Shown piece by piece: positions 22,877-33,936 of a DNA stretch of 64,000 bases. The notes under the pieces were generated by a model, which was not told the DNA's origin, did no database searches, and saw nothing but the letters and a program-made list of their open reading frames with translations. Position 1 is the stretch's first letter, and the number at the start of each line of letters is the position of its first letter. Source of the DNA: an uncultured delta proteobacterium (GTDB lineage: Bacteria; Myxococcota; Myxococcia; Myxococcales; Myxococcaceae); contig CAVZMH010000017.1 in assembly GCA_963776345.1 (NCBI GenBank), positions 128,001 to 192,000 of the forward strand. The letters run 5' to 3'. A program made the position numbers and the translations under genes.

Positions 22877-23884
22877 TCAGACCCGGACTGCGAGGGTGAC
22901 CGCGAAGTCGCCGGCGCGGTCGGTCCAGCGCGCCTCGGTCCGCATCCCGGCCGTCTCGAGCTCCTGGTCGACCTGGCTCGGCGTGAACTTGGCGCTGATC
23001 TCCGTCCGGAGCAGCTCGCCCTCGCCAAACTCCACCCGGAGGTCGAGGTCGGCCACCGTGACCGTGTGCCGCACCGACGAGCGGAGCAGCATCTCGATCC
23101 ACCCCTGCCGTGCGTCGTAGCGGGCGAGGTGCTCGAAGCGGTCGAGGACGAAGTCGGCGTTCAGCTCCGCGTTCAGCACCGAGAGCACGTTCTTGTTGAA
23201 CTCGGCGGTCACGCCCTGCGCGTCGTTGTACGCGGCCTCGAGCCGCGGGATGTCCTTCACCAGGTCGGTTCCGAGGAGGAACGCGTCGGCGGGCCCGAGC
23301 TGCGCGGCGATGTCCGCGAGGAAGCGTGCCCGCGGCCTCGGCGCGAGGTTCCCGATGGTGCCGCCGAGGAAGCCGATCAGCCGCCGCCCCCCACGCGGGA
23401 GCAGCGGCACATGGCGCTCGAAGTCGCCCACCACCGCGTGCACGGCGAGCGAGGGGAACTCGGCCGCGATGCGCAGCGCCGACCCGCGCAGGGTCACCGC
23501 GTCCACGTCGAACGGCACGAAGCGCCGCAGCGTCCCGCCGGCGGAGAGCGCCCGCAGCAAGAGCCGCGTCTTGTCCGAGGTGCCGCTGCCGAGCTCCACC
23601 AGCGTGTCCGCGCCGGTCCGTGCGGCGATCTCCGGGGCCCGCGCGCCGAGGATCTCCCGCTCGCGTCGCGTCGGGTAGTACTCGGGCAGCCGGGTGATGG
23701 CGTCGAACAGCCGCGAGCCGTGCGCGTCGTAGAAGTACTTCGGCGGCAGCTCGCGCGGGCGGTGGCCGAGGCCCTGCCGCACGTCGTGCTCCAGCGCCCG
23801 GCGGAGGTCGCGGGGCCCGAGCAGCACGTCCCAGGTCACCCGTGGATGCGGGCGCCAGTCCAGCGAGAGGGGGTCGACGAGCAT
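22877..23884 (-). CDS. egtD: L-histidine N-alpha-methyltransferase
   Basis: LPPKYFYD, LPEYYPTR.E, VELGSGTSDKT, FLGGTIGN, AYNDAQGVTAEFN, TEISAKF. Confidence 0.96.
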   Translation of the reverse strand: MLVDPLSLDWRPHPRVTWDVLLGPRDLRRALEHDVRQGLGHRPRELPPKYFYDAHGSRLFDAITRLPEYYPTRREREILGARAPEIAARTGADTLVELGSGTSDKTRLLLRALSAGGTLRRFVPFDVDAVTLRGSALRIAAEFPSLAVHAVVGDFERHVPLLPRGGRRLIGFLGGTIGNLAPRPRARFLADIAAQLGPADAFLLGTDLVKDIPRLEAAYNDAQGVTAEFNKNVLSVLNAELNADFVLDRFEHLARYDARQGWIEMLLRSSVRHTVTVADLDLRVEFGEGELLRTEISAKFTPSQVDQELETAGMRTEARWTDRAGDFAVTLAVRV

Positions 23885-23911
23885 GGTCGGCTCCAGACTC
23901 CGTGGGCTCGC

Positions 23912-25234
23912 TCAGGCGTCCCGAGCGCACCGAAAGCCGGCGAAGATCTGCCGGCGGATGGGGTAATCCCAGTTCCGGAAGGTGTTCCGGCTCGCGTCGG
24001 GCGCGACGGCCCAGGACCCGCCGCGTAGGACCTTGTACTCCGGGCCGAAGAAGACGGCCGAATACTCCGGATAGGGGAACGGGCGAAACCCCGGATACGG
24101 CAGGAAGTCGGACGCCGTCCACTCCCAGACGTCCCCGAGGAGCTGCTCGACCCCCCACGCGCTCGCCCCGGCCGGGAACGCGCCCACGGGCGCCGGGTGA
24201 GCCCCGGTGGGCCAGAGGTTCGCCCGCGTGACGTCCGGCGGGGTGTCACCCCAGGGATGCCGTCGCACCCGGCCCTCGGGCGTCGCCGCGGCGGCCTTCT
24301 CCCACTCGGCCTCGGTGGGAAGTCGCCGGCCGGCCCAGCGGGCGTAGGCATCGGCCTCGTACCAGCAGACGTGGCAGACCGGCTCGTCGAGCGGGAGCGG
24401 CTCCCGGAGGCCGAAGCGCCGTCGCTCCCAGCCATTCTCCGCGCGCCTCCAGAAGAGCGGGTGCTCGAGCTGCTCCGCTTTCCGGAACGCCCATCCCGCA
24501 TCGAGCCAGAGCGCGCGGCGCCGGTAGCCGCCGTCCTCGATGAAGGCCAGGAAGTCGCGATTGCTCACCGGGAGGCGGTCGATGAAGAACCCGGGGACCT
24601 CCACCACGTGCCGGGGCCGCTCGTTGTCGTAGGCCCAGGCCTCGTCGCTCCCCATCTCGAATGGCCCGCCGGGCACGCGCACCTCGCGCGGAAGCCTCAC
24701 CCGCTCCGGCAGGGGCACGGCGCCCGGGAGCGGCTCGAGCACCGCGGACGTCACCAGCTGGAGCGTCGCCACCAGGGTCTCGACGTGCTGCTGCTCGTGC
24801 TGCGCGACCATGCCGTAGACGAAGCCGCCGTCCAGGAGCGCTCCGGCCCGGGCGACCCCGTCCCCGTCCAGCGAATCGAGATGGTGGAGCACCCGCCCCC
24901 GCACCTCCTCGGCGTAGGCGAAGGCCTCGGCCACCCCGAAGAGCGGAAGCGACCCCCGCTCCCGTCTCGGGTTCCGGAACGCGTCGTACAGCCGGTCGGC
25001 GTCGGCGCCGGTCACGCCCGGCTGTCCGAGTGCGCGCAGGAGCCATTGCTCCTCGTAGTTCGCCACGTGCGCGACGTCCCACACGGGTGGGGACATGAGC
25101 TCCGAGTGCTGGGCGGTCAGGACCTCGGGCGGGAGGGGGCGCAGGAGCTCCAGCAGGCGCCGGCGGGAGGTCCCGAGCGCCTCCCGCGCGCGATGTCTCC
25201 AGGCGAGGGCTCCCCCGAACTCGCGCGCGTCCAT
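23912..25234 (-). CDS. egtB: ergothioneine sulfoxide synthase
   Basis: DinB domain (MSPPVWDVAH, QHEQQHVE) plus FGE domain (RLPTEAEWEKAA, FRNWDYPIRRQIFAGFRCA). Confidence 0.95.
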   Translation of the reverse strand: MDAREFGGALAWRHRAREALGTSRRRLLELLRPLPPEVLTAQHSELMSPPVWDVAHVANYEEQWLLRALGQPGVTGADADRLYDAFRNPRRERGSLPLFGVAEAFAYAEEVRGRVLHHLDSLDGDGVARAGALLDGGFVYGMVAQHEQQHVETLVATLQLVTSAVLEPLPGAVPLPERVRLPREVRVPGGPFEMGSDEAWAYDNERPRHVVEVPGFFIDRLPVSNRDFLAFIEDGGYRRRALWLDAGWAFRKAEQLEHPLFWRRAENGWERRRFGLREPLPLDEPVCHVCWYEADAYARWAGRRLPTEAEWEKAAAATPEGRVRRHPWGDTPPDVTRANLWPTGAHPAPVGAFPAGASAWGVEQLLGDVWEWTASDFLPYPGFRPFPYPEYSAVFFGPEYKVLRGGSWAVAPDASRNTFRNWDYPIRRQIFAGFRCARDA

Positions 25235-25292
25235 GGACCATGTCATTCCTCGGGCCGCCGCCCGGCGCAACCCCCGGGCGCACCCTGAACGC

Positions 25293-26144
25293 ATGGCCAA
25301 CATCCGGACCCCGGACCCCGGGCTGAAGCTCGACCTCGCCGGGAAGACGACCTACGGCGATTACTTGAGGCTGGACCGGCTGCTCTCCGCGCAGGAGCCG
25401 CGCAGCCAGCCCGAGCACCACGACGAGCTGCTCTTCATCATCCAGCACCAGACGTCCGAGCTGTGGATGAAGCTGCTCATCCACGAGCTGGCGGCGGCGC
25501 GCGCGCTCGTCCGCGAGGACCGGCTCGAGCCGGCGTTCAAGATCCTCGCCCGGGCGGGGCAGATCCAGCGGATGCTCTTCGAGCAGTGGAGCGTGCTCGA
25601 GACGCTCACCCCCTCGGAGTACCTCGAGTTCCGCGCCGTGCTCGGGCCCGCCAGCGGGTTCCAGTCCGCCCAGTACCGCGCGCTGGAGTTCCTGCTCGGC
25701 AACAAGGACGCGCAGGCGCTCCTGGTGCACCGACAGAGCCCGGAGGTGCATGCCTGGCTCGATCGCTTCCTCCACGAGCCGAGCCTGTACGACGAGTTCC
25801 TCCGGCACCTGGCCCGCCGGGGTCTGCCGGTGCCCAAGGAGCGCCTGGATCGAGACTTCTCGGGCCCTTACGAGCCACACCCGGGGGTCGTGGCGGTGTT
25901 CCGGACCGTCTACGACGACCCCGAGCGCTGGTGGGATGGCTACGAGATGGCCGAGAAGCTGGTGGACGTGGAGGAGCGGTTCCAGCTCTGGCGGTTCCGC
26001 CACATGATGACGGTGCACCGCATCATCGGGTTCAAGACGGGGACGGGGGGCAGCTCGGGGGTGCCGTTCCTCAGGCGGGCCCTCGACGTCCGTTTCTTTC
26101 CTGAACTGTGGGACGTCCGAACCGAGCTGGAACCCCACCGCTGA
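25293..26144 (+). CDS. kynA: tryptophan 2,3-dioxygenase
   Basis: YGDYL.LD.LLSAQ, HDELLFIIQHQTSELW, SGFQSAQYR, WRFRH, GTGGSSG, FFPELW. Confidence 0.96.
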   Translation: MANIRTPDPGLKLDLAGKTTYGDYLRLDRLLSAQEPRSQPEHHDELLFIIQHQTSELWMKLLIHELAAARALVREDRLEPAFKILARAGQIQRMLFEQWSVLETLTPSEYLEFRAVLGPASGFQSAQYRALEFLLGNKDAQALLVHRQSPEVHAWLDRFLHEPSLYDEFLRHLARRGLPVPKERLDRDFSGPYEPHPGVVAVFRTVYDDPERWWDGYEMAEKLVDVEERFQLWRFRHMMTVHRIIGFKTGTGGSSGVPFLRRALDVRFFPELWDVRTELEPHR

Positions 26145-26215
26145 CGCCCCGAACGTCCGCCTTCGCGCATACACTGCTCCCGAGCGAGCCCGTGCTCCCT
26201 CGAGGGGTGCCCACC

Positions 26216-26872
26216 TTGGACGCACCGACGTATGCGGAGTCGGAGCTGATCTTGAACCGCGCCCCGGTGCTGCTGTGGGGGGGCGCACCACAGGATCGGG
26301 CAGGGTGGGCCCAGGAAGCCGCGGAGATCGGCAGCCGGCCCCTGGTCACGGTGACCCGTCCCGACCAGCTCGGGGCGGCGCTGATGGTCCGCAATGCGGT
26401 GCTCTTCGTCCCGGACGTCCTGACGCTCGGGGACGGCGGGCAGCAGCTCCTGGTGCGCACCCTCACCTCGCTCGACGAGCGCCCGAAGCTGGTGCTCGGG
26501 CTCAGCCGGTCAGAGTCGAGCGCGCGCCAGGCCGGAGCGCTCCGCGAGGACCTTCACTACCGCGTTCGGATGGGCCTCCTGAACCTGGACGCGCCTGGGC
26601 TCCGCGAGGCCATCGCCGCGCGGCGTGCACAGGCGGCCAGGCGTGCCGCCGCGCCACCCCCGCGCGCCGCGGCGCCCCCTCGGAAGTCGGGACCGGCGAC
26701 CGTCGCCGCGCGGGTCGCGCCGGCCCGTGCTCCCTCGCCGGCCCGGCCCCGCCCGAAGCCGAAGGCCCGTCCGGCGCGGCGAAGCCGGTCGGCACCGCGG
26801 CTGAAGTCGGCGCGCACGGCCAAGTCGACGAAGCAGGCCCGCTCGAAGAAGAAGGGGTCGAAGCGCCGGTGA
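26216..26872 (+). CDS. degenerate sigma54-activator-like domain with histone-like basic tail
   Basis: PVLLWG, LREDLHYR remnants; no Walker A or GAFTGA; K/R/A/P-rich tail. Start uncertain. Confidence 0.6.
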   Translation: MDAPTYAESELILNRAPVLLWGGAPQDRAGWAQEAAEIGSRPLVTVTRPDQLGAALMVRNAVLFVPDVLTLGDGGQQLLVRTLTSLDERPKLVLGLSRSESSARQAGALREDLHYRVRMGLLNLDAPGLREAIAARRAQAARRAAAPPPRAAAPPRKSGPATVAARVAPARAPSPARPRPKPKARPARRSRSAPRLKSARTAKSTKQARSKKKGSKRR

Positions 26873-26957
26873 GCCCCGGCGGGAGGCGCTCATCGCGAGC
26901 GGCTCCTCTGACCCGGAGACGTCGGGCCCACGGCGTGCCGTGCGCGCCGCGCCGGCC

Positions 26958-27596
26958 TCAGGCGCCCGGCCTGGCCGCGAGGCGGCGGGCATCCGAGACC
27001 AGCCGCTCGAGCGCGTCAGCGTCGTTCGAGTCGTAGTAGCCGCGGATCCGCCCGCGGCCGTCCACCAGCACCACGTGAACGCCGTGGGTGATGCTCGCGA
27101 TGTCGTCCGAGTCCCGGCTGAAGGCGATCTTGAACCCGCGGAGGACCGAATCTTGGAAGCGCCGGCTGTCCCCGGTGAGGAAGTGCCACCGAGGCGACTC
27201 GGCGCCGTGCGCGCGTGCGAAGTCGGCGAGCCGCTGGGGCGTGTCGTACGCGGGGTCGACGCTCACCGAGACCAGGTCCGCCTGCTCGCCGAGCGCGCGC
27301 TGCACGCCGGCGAGGCGCTCGGTCATGCGGGGACACACGTCCGGACAGCGGGTGAACACGAAGTCGGCCACCCAGACGCGGCCCGCGAGGCGCGCGGGCC
27401 CGAATGGCGCGCCGGTCTGGTCGACGAGCCGGAAATCCGGCACCGTGCCGAGCACCGGCGGGAGGGGGACGGGGGCCGGGAGCGCGGTGCGAAGCACGGG
27501 GAGCGCCATCACCAGGGCCAGAAAGCCGGTCCAGAGCCAGGGCTGGAGGCTGGGGCGAGCAACGGGAGCGGATGCGGGACGTGCGTCCATGACCAT
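26958..27596 (-). CDS. SCO1/SenC copper chaperone
   Basis: FTRCPDVCP, SVDPAYDTP, conserved His (ITHG), LVDGRGRIRGYY. Confidence 0.92.
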   Translation of the reverse strand: MVMDARPASAPVARPSLQPWLWTGFLALVMALPVLRTALPAPVPLPPVLGTVPDFRLVDQTGAPFGPARLAGRVWVADFVFTRCPDVCPRMTERLAGVQRALGEQADLVSVSVDPAYDTPQRLADFARAHGAESPRWHFLTGDSRRFQDSVLRGFKIAFSRDSDDIASITHGVHVVLVDGRGRIRGYYDSNDADALERLVSDARRLAARPGA

Positions 27597-27716
27597 GACC
27601 GGCGGGAGTGCTAACTCGCCCCGCCGAGGAGTTCATCCGATGTCCGGGAAGCCGACGCATCACCGCCGTCGTGCGCCGCGCCCGCCTCCGACCCGACGGC
27701 CCCGGGCCGGGCCGCG

Positions 27717-28175
27717 ATGCGCAGGGCGCTGAGGAACGGTCCACGCCGCGAGGTGGTCGTCGCCGCGACCGGGGCGGCACTGTTCACGGTGCTGCTCGTG
27801 CTCCGAGTGGTGCTCCAGCTGGCGGATCCGTCGCCGGGCGCTCCGCTCGGCTGGCTGCGGCTCGGCGCGGTGCTGGTGCTCGCGCTGCTGGTGTCCGCGT
27901 CGGCCCTCGGCAGGCGGGCGCCAGGGCTCGGCCGGGTCGTGCTCCGCGTGGAGCAGGCGGCAGTCTTCATCGCCGTCACCCGGCTTCTCGGGCTCGGGGC
28001 GCAGCCGGATCCGGGGCGCCCGGGGCAGGTCCTCATCGCGCTCCTGGGTCTCCACGCGGTCGGTGCCATCGTCGTCTCGGAGGAGCTCCCGAGCGGGACG
28101 CCCCCCTGGCGAGCGGGCCTGTGGGGGCTGGCCCTTAGCTTCGGGGCGTTGACAGCCACCCTGTTTGCCCCTTGA
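27717..28175 (+). CDS. hypothetical integral membrane protein
   Basis: About 5 hydrophobic segments; fills the gap between genes. Confidence 0.5.
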   Translation: MRRALRNGPRREVVVAATGAALFTVLLVLRVVLQLADPSPGAPLGWLRLGAVLVLALLVSASALGRRAPGLGRVVLRVEQAAVFIAVTRLLGLGAQPDPGRPGQVLIALLGLHAVGAIVVSEELPSGTPPWRAGLWGLALSFGALTATLFAP

Positions 28176-28264
28176 TGACTACACTTTTGACGCACTGCGC
28201 GCTTGCAGTTGACTTGAGGCCTCGTGGGCAGCAAAAACACGCGGAAGCGGAAGGGGAGTCGCGA

Positions 28265-28927
28265 ATGAAGCTCGAGTACAACCGCCACGCCCGGGCCCGG
28301 ATGTTCGAGAACGATTTCCTCGAGTTCGCCTCGAACATCCATCCGGCCGTTCCGTTCGTGGTCTACATCCCGGTGGTCGTCGGGCTGCTGGCCTGGGGAC
28401 TGATCCAGGGGCTCACCTCCTGGGCCGCGGTGGCGGTGTGCTTCCCGCTCGGCTGGGTGGCGTGGGACCTCGCCGAGTACGGCATCCACCGGTGGTGGTT
28501 CCACTGGGAGGGCAGCGGTCCCTTCACCCGGAAGTTCCACGAGATCATTCACGGTTACCACCACAAGTACCCGGACGATTCGCTCCGGCTGGTGATGCCG
28601 CTGGGCGCGAGCATCCCGCTCGCCCTGCTCATCGGCTGGGCTCTGTCCCTGGTCGGCGCCCCGGCGGTCACCATCCCTGGCTTCGCCGGTTTCGTCTCCG
28701 GCTACCTGTTCTACGACTTCACCCACTGGTCGACGCACGCCCGGACGCCGGTGACGGCGTGGGGCAAGGCGATCCGCGGCCACCACATGGCGCACCACTT
28801 CGCCGACCCGACCAAGAACTTCGGGATCAGCCACCGGTGGATCGACGCGGTGGTGGGGACGCTTCGCCGCCGCGACCAGCGCGACCAGCGCGACGCGGAC
28901 GCGCCGGCGTCTCGCGAGGTGGCGTAA
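28265..28927 (+). CDS. fatty acid hydroxylase/sterol desaturase family (FA2H-like)
   Basis: His boxes HRWWFH, HGYHH, HWSTH, HHMAHH; RLVMP; NFGIS. Confidence 0.9.
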   Translation: MKLEYNRHARARMFENDFLEFASNIHPAVPFVVYIPVVVGLLAWGLIQGLTSWAAVAVCFPLGWVAWDLAEYGIHRWWFHWEGSGPFTRKFHEIIHGYHHKYPDDSLRLVMPLGASIPLALLIGWALSLVGAPAVTIPGFAGFVSGYLFYDFTHWSTHARTPVTAWGKAIRGHHMAHHFADPTKNFGISHRWIDAVVGTLRRRDQRDQRDADAPASREVA

Positions 28928-28949
28928 AGCTCCGCGGGTCCTTGGCCGC

Positions 28950-29468
28950 TCAGGGCTCTCGAACGCGCGCGTAGAGGCGCTGGTCGATGATCCGCCCCTC
29001 CTTGACCGCCGAGCGCCGGAGCGTCGCCTCGAGCGTGAACCCGGCCTTCTCCAGCGCCCGGCACGACGCGGCGTTGAAGGCGAACGGCAGGGCGAAGATG
29101 CGGGTCAGCGAGAAGCGGTCGAACGCGTCGTCGGTGAAGGCGCGGATCGCCTCGCTCATGACGCCGCGCCCCCGGAACGGCGCACCCAGCCAGTAGCCCA
29201 GCTCGGCCGAGACGCGCTCCACGTCCCCTCCGAGCTTCAGGCCGATGCTCCCCACCGCCTGCCCGTCCACCACGATGGCCAGGTGGCACCCGGGCGTGCG
29301 CGTCTGCACGTGCTCCAGGAACTCCACCGCGTGCTCGAGCGTGTAGGGGTGCGGAAAGGCGTCGCGCAGGTTCCGCCACACCGTGACGTCGTTGGCGAGG
29401 CGGGCGAGCGACGGCGCGTCCTCGGTGGTGAAGGGCCGCAGCTCGCAGTGCTCGAGCACGCGTCGCAT
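28950..29468 (-). CDS. GNAT N-acetyltransferase (RimJ/RimL)
   Basis: FPHPYT, AELGYWLG..FRGRG, N.AS.R.LEKAGF. Confidence 0.9.
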   Translation of the reverse strand: MRRVLEHCELRPFTTEDAPSLARLANDVTVWRNLRDAFPHPYTLEHAVEFLEHVQTRTPGCHLAIVVDGQAVGSIGLKLGGDVERVSAELGYWLGAPFRGRGVMSEAIRAFTDDAFDRFSLTRIFALPFAFNAASCRALEKAGFTLEATLRRSAVKEGRIIDQRLYARVREP

Positions 29469-29497
29469 CCCGCCCATCCTACCGCCGCCGGCGTGGG

Positions 29498-31042
<1,545 letters not shown>

Positions 31043-31150
31043 GGGCGGCGGGGCTCTACCATCGGGCCCGGGCGCTCGCAACGCTCGCGCGAGCGCCGTC
31101 AGGGCTCCTGATGGACTCCCCCGGCTCCCCCTGTTCCCTGGCCGGGCCGG

Positions 31151-33181
31151 CTACCTGGGCAGGGTCAGGCGGACCGAGAAGTTGTACCCCACCGACACCG
31201 GCTTGCCCTGGTAGCTGACCGGCTGGAACCGCTGGGACTGGAGGTGCTCGATCACCGGCTGGTCCATGAAGGGCAGCGGCTTGATCACCTTGCAGCGCTC
31301 CACCGCGCCCTCGGCGGTGATCACGCAGCGGACGATGCTCACCCCCTCCACCCGCGCGGCGAGCGCCTCCCGGGTGTAGGTGATGGGTTTGCCCGGCTGG
31401 ATCAGCACCGGCCGGGTCATCCCCTCGCCGAACGGCACCACGTCGCGCGGTGCCTCGGGAATCGGGGCGGTGGCGGCAGCCGGCTTGGGCGCGGTCGAGC
31501 CGAGCGAGGCGGGCTGGACCTGGGGCTGCGCGGTCGCGGACCGGGCCACCGCCGCGACGGCCTCGGTCCGCACCGGCAGCGGGGTCGCCTTGCCCTCCTC
31601 GCGCTCGCGGTCCTCCTCGCGCCTGCTGAGCGGGACGGGCTTCTCGATCCGCATCACGACCTTCTTCTGCAGCCGGGCGTTCACCATCACGTCGCCCGAG
31701 CCGCCCGAGGTGATGGCTTGCGTCGGGTACCCCTCGAGGACCAGCACCATCTCGGCGTTGGCCATGCCGTCCGCGCCGGCCGGCACCTCGAAGACCGTGG
31801 GCGTGGCGCCCATGTCATGCCGGCCGATGAAGACGTGCGCGCCGGCGGGCTCGGTGGAGACGTGGAACCGGACGAGCTTCTTCTCCGGCGCAGGCGCCGG
31901 CTCCGGCGTGGGCGGCGCCACCACCACCGGGGCCGGCGCGGGCTGCGGGGGAGGCGTCGCGACCACCTGTGCCTGCTCTCCCTTCGGGAGGAGCAGCCAG
32001 ACCACCACGAAGCCGAGGAGCACCGCGCTGATGAAGAGGAGCGCCGGGAGCAGCTTGCCGCCCTTCCTGCCCTCGCCCGCGTCCTCGATCTCGATCTCCC
32101 GCTCCACCTGCGCGCGCGGCGCGGTGACCGGACCGGAGATGGCGCGGGAGTGCAGCCCGGAGGTGGACATCGGCCCGGAGCCGGGACGGGAGTGCAGCCC
32201 CGAGGTCGAGATGGGGCCCGAGCCGGTGGTGGTCCTCCGGTCGGGGAAGATGCCGCCGGCGCCGGTGAGCTGGGCCGCCTCGCGCAGGGCCTCCAGTACC
32301 TCGTCCATCGACTGGAAACGCGCGACCGGGTCCTTCTGGAGGCAGCGGGCCACCACCGCCTCGACCTCGTGCGGCACCTCCGCGCCCGGGTTCACGTCGC
32401 GCACCGGGCGGGCGGCCTCCTTCATGTGCTGGAAGATGACCTCCAGGTAGTCCTTGCCCTGGAACGGCGGCCGGCCGGAGAGCATCTGGTAGACCAGGAT
32501 CCCGAGCGAGTAGACGTCGCTCCGCGGGTCGGCCACGTTCCGGGCCTGCTCCGGGGCCATGTACTGGGGGCTCCCCAGGAAGACGCCGTTCTGGGTCACC
32601 TCGGGATCGCTGGCCTGCGAGTCCGCGGCGAGGAACGACTTCACCAGCCCGAAGTCGAGGACCTTGACCACGTCGTGGTCGGCCTCGTTGAGCAGCATCA
32701 CGTTCGCCGGCTTGAGGTCGCGATGGATGACGCCCAGCTTGTGCGCCTCGCGCAGCGAGCGGCAGATCTGCTGGGCGATGTCGAGCACCCGCCGCCAGGG
32801 GAGGGTCTTCTCGTGCGCCAGCACCTCGGCCAGCGTCTGCCCCTCCATGTACTCCATGGCGATGAAGTAGATGCCGTCCTCGGTCTGGCCGTAGTCGATG
32901 ACGGTGACCGTGTTCGGGTGCCGGAGCTTCGAGGTGAGGCTCGCCTCGAGGAAGAAGCGCCGCTTGAACGCTGGATCCTTCTCCGCCGGGAAGTTGGGGT
33001 TGAGGATCTTGAGCGCGACCACCCGGTCCAGCGGCGTCTGCACAGCCTTGTAGACCTTCCCCATTCCTCCCGAGCCGAGCGGCGCGAGGATTCGGAAGCG
33101 GTCGTTGAGCACGCGGCCGATGAGCGGATCGGTGGTGCCGACGACGGACGGAATGGGGCCCTGTGGGTCGCCCTCGAGCAT
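31151..33181 (-). CDS. Hanks-type Ser/Thr kinase with TM, PEGA-like and TonB C-terminal domains
   Basis: LGSGGMGKVY, HRDLKPAN, DFGL, YMAPE; TM helix; STEPAGA.V..G; YTREALAARVEG...F.P....GKPV. Confidence 0.92.
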   Translation of the reverse strand: MLEGDPQGPIPSVVGTTDPLIGRVLNDRFRILAPLGSGGMGKVYKAVQTPLDRVVALKILNPNFPAEKDPAFKRRFFLEASLTSKLRHPNTVTVIDYGQTEDGIYFIAMEYMEGQTLAEVLAHEKTLPWRRVLDIAQQICRSLREAHKLGVIHRDLKPANVMLLNEADHDVVKVLDFGLVKSFLAADSQASDPEVTQNGVFLGSPQYMAPEQARNVADPRSDVYSLGILVYQMLSGRPPFQGKDYLEVIFQHMKEAARPVRDVNPGAEVPHEVEAVVARCLQKDPVARFQSMDEVLEALREAAQLTGAGGIFPDRRTTTGSGPISTSGLHSRPGSGPMSTSGLHSRAISGPVTAPRAQVEREIEIEDAGEGRKGGKLLPALLFISAVLLGFVVVWLLLPKGEQAQVVATPPPQPAPAPVVVAPPTPEPAPAPEKKLVRFHVSTEPAGAHVFIGRHDMGATPTVFEVPAGADGMANAEMVLVLEGYPTQAITSGGSGDVMVNARLQKKVVMRIEKPVPLSRREEDREREEGKATPLPVRTEAVAAVARSATAQPQVQPASLGSTAPKPAAATAPIPEAPRDVVPFGEGMTRPVLIQPGKPITYTREALAARVEGVSIVRCVITAEGAVERCKVIKPLPFMDQPVIEHLQSQRFQPVSYQGKPVSVGYNFSVRLTLPR
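32145..32226. repeat. 42-bp in-frame tandem duplication in kinase linker
   Basis: Encodes GSGP(I/M)STSGLHSR twice. Confidence 0.85.
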
Positions 33182-33296
33182 TCGCACGCGCTCCGGGAGG
33201 AGAGGTCCGGACTGCGCGGACGATGAAACCACAACTACGCGCACCCGCGGCAACCGTGCGCCCCGGAAAAAACGGGCTGCCTACATCGGCGCCGAC

Positions 33297-33836
33297 CTAG
33301 CTCTGGAGTGCGCGCTTCAGATCGTCGAGCTGCGACCGCAGCGTGCCGTCGAAGACCACCGAGCCGACCTGGGTGCTGACCCCGCCGAGGACCGTGCCGT
33401 CGATGCGGGTGTCCAGCACCACTTGCTTCCCGACCACCTGGGACAGGGTCTGCTCTAGCTGGCGGATGGACTGCGGATCCAGGGGGACGGCGCTGACCAC
33501 GGTGCCCCGGATGCGCCCGGCCTTCTCGTCGGCCATGTCCCGGAAGAGCCGGGCGACGTCGGGCAGCATCCCGAGCCGGTGCCGGTCCACCATCAGGCGG
33601 AGGAAGTTGGGGAGGGTCTCGGACTCGGGCTGGACGAGCTTGATCAGCCCCTCCACCACGCCGTGCCGCTGTAGGCGGGAGTAGGCGGGATTCCCGATGA
33701 CGTCGGCCAGCTCGGGGTTCGAGGTCACCAGCCCCGCCAGGGCCTCGAGCCGATCGGCGACGCCCGCCACGGTGCCGGGCGCGCTCGCCGCGAGCAACGC
33801 GCGGGCGTAACGGCGGGCGACGGACACGTTCACCAT
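33297..33836 (-). CDS. atpH: F1 ATP synthase subunit delta
   Basis: [38 protein letters not shown]. Upstream TTGCGG-N17-TAAGCG. Confidence 0.95.
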   Translation of the reverse strand: MVNVSVARRYARALLAASAPGTVAGVADRLEALAGLVTSNPELADVIGNPAYSRLQRHGVVEGLIKLVQPESETLPNFLRLMVDRHRLGMLPDVARLFRDMADEKAGRIRGTVVSAVPLDPQSIRQLEQTLSQVVGKQVVLDTRIDGTVLGGVSTQVGSVVFDGTLRSQLDDLKRALQS

Positions 33837-33936
33837 GACGGGCGGGGCGCTTAGCACCCGGTCCGGAGGCCCGCAACGTCCATGCGCGCCCTTGCACCCA
33901 CCGGCCGTGCGCGTGGGACCCTTTTCCATCTCTCCC

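Noticed and set aside
27606..27614. CIRCE right arm GAGTGCTAA
   Set aside because: No matching left arm 9 bp upstream, and no chaperone gene nearby.
33851..33877. CIRCE element upstream of the Hsp70 paralog
   Set aside because: Only a left arm (TTAGCACCC); better explained as the atpH -10 on the minus strand.
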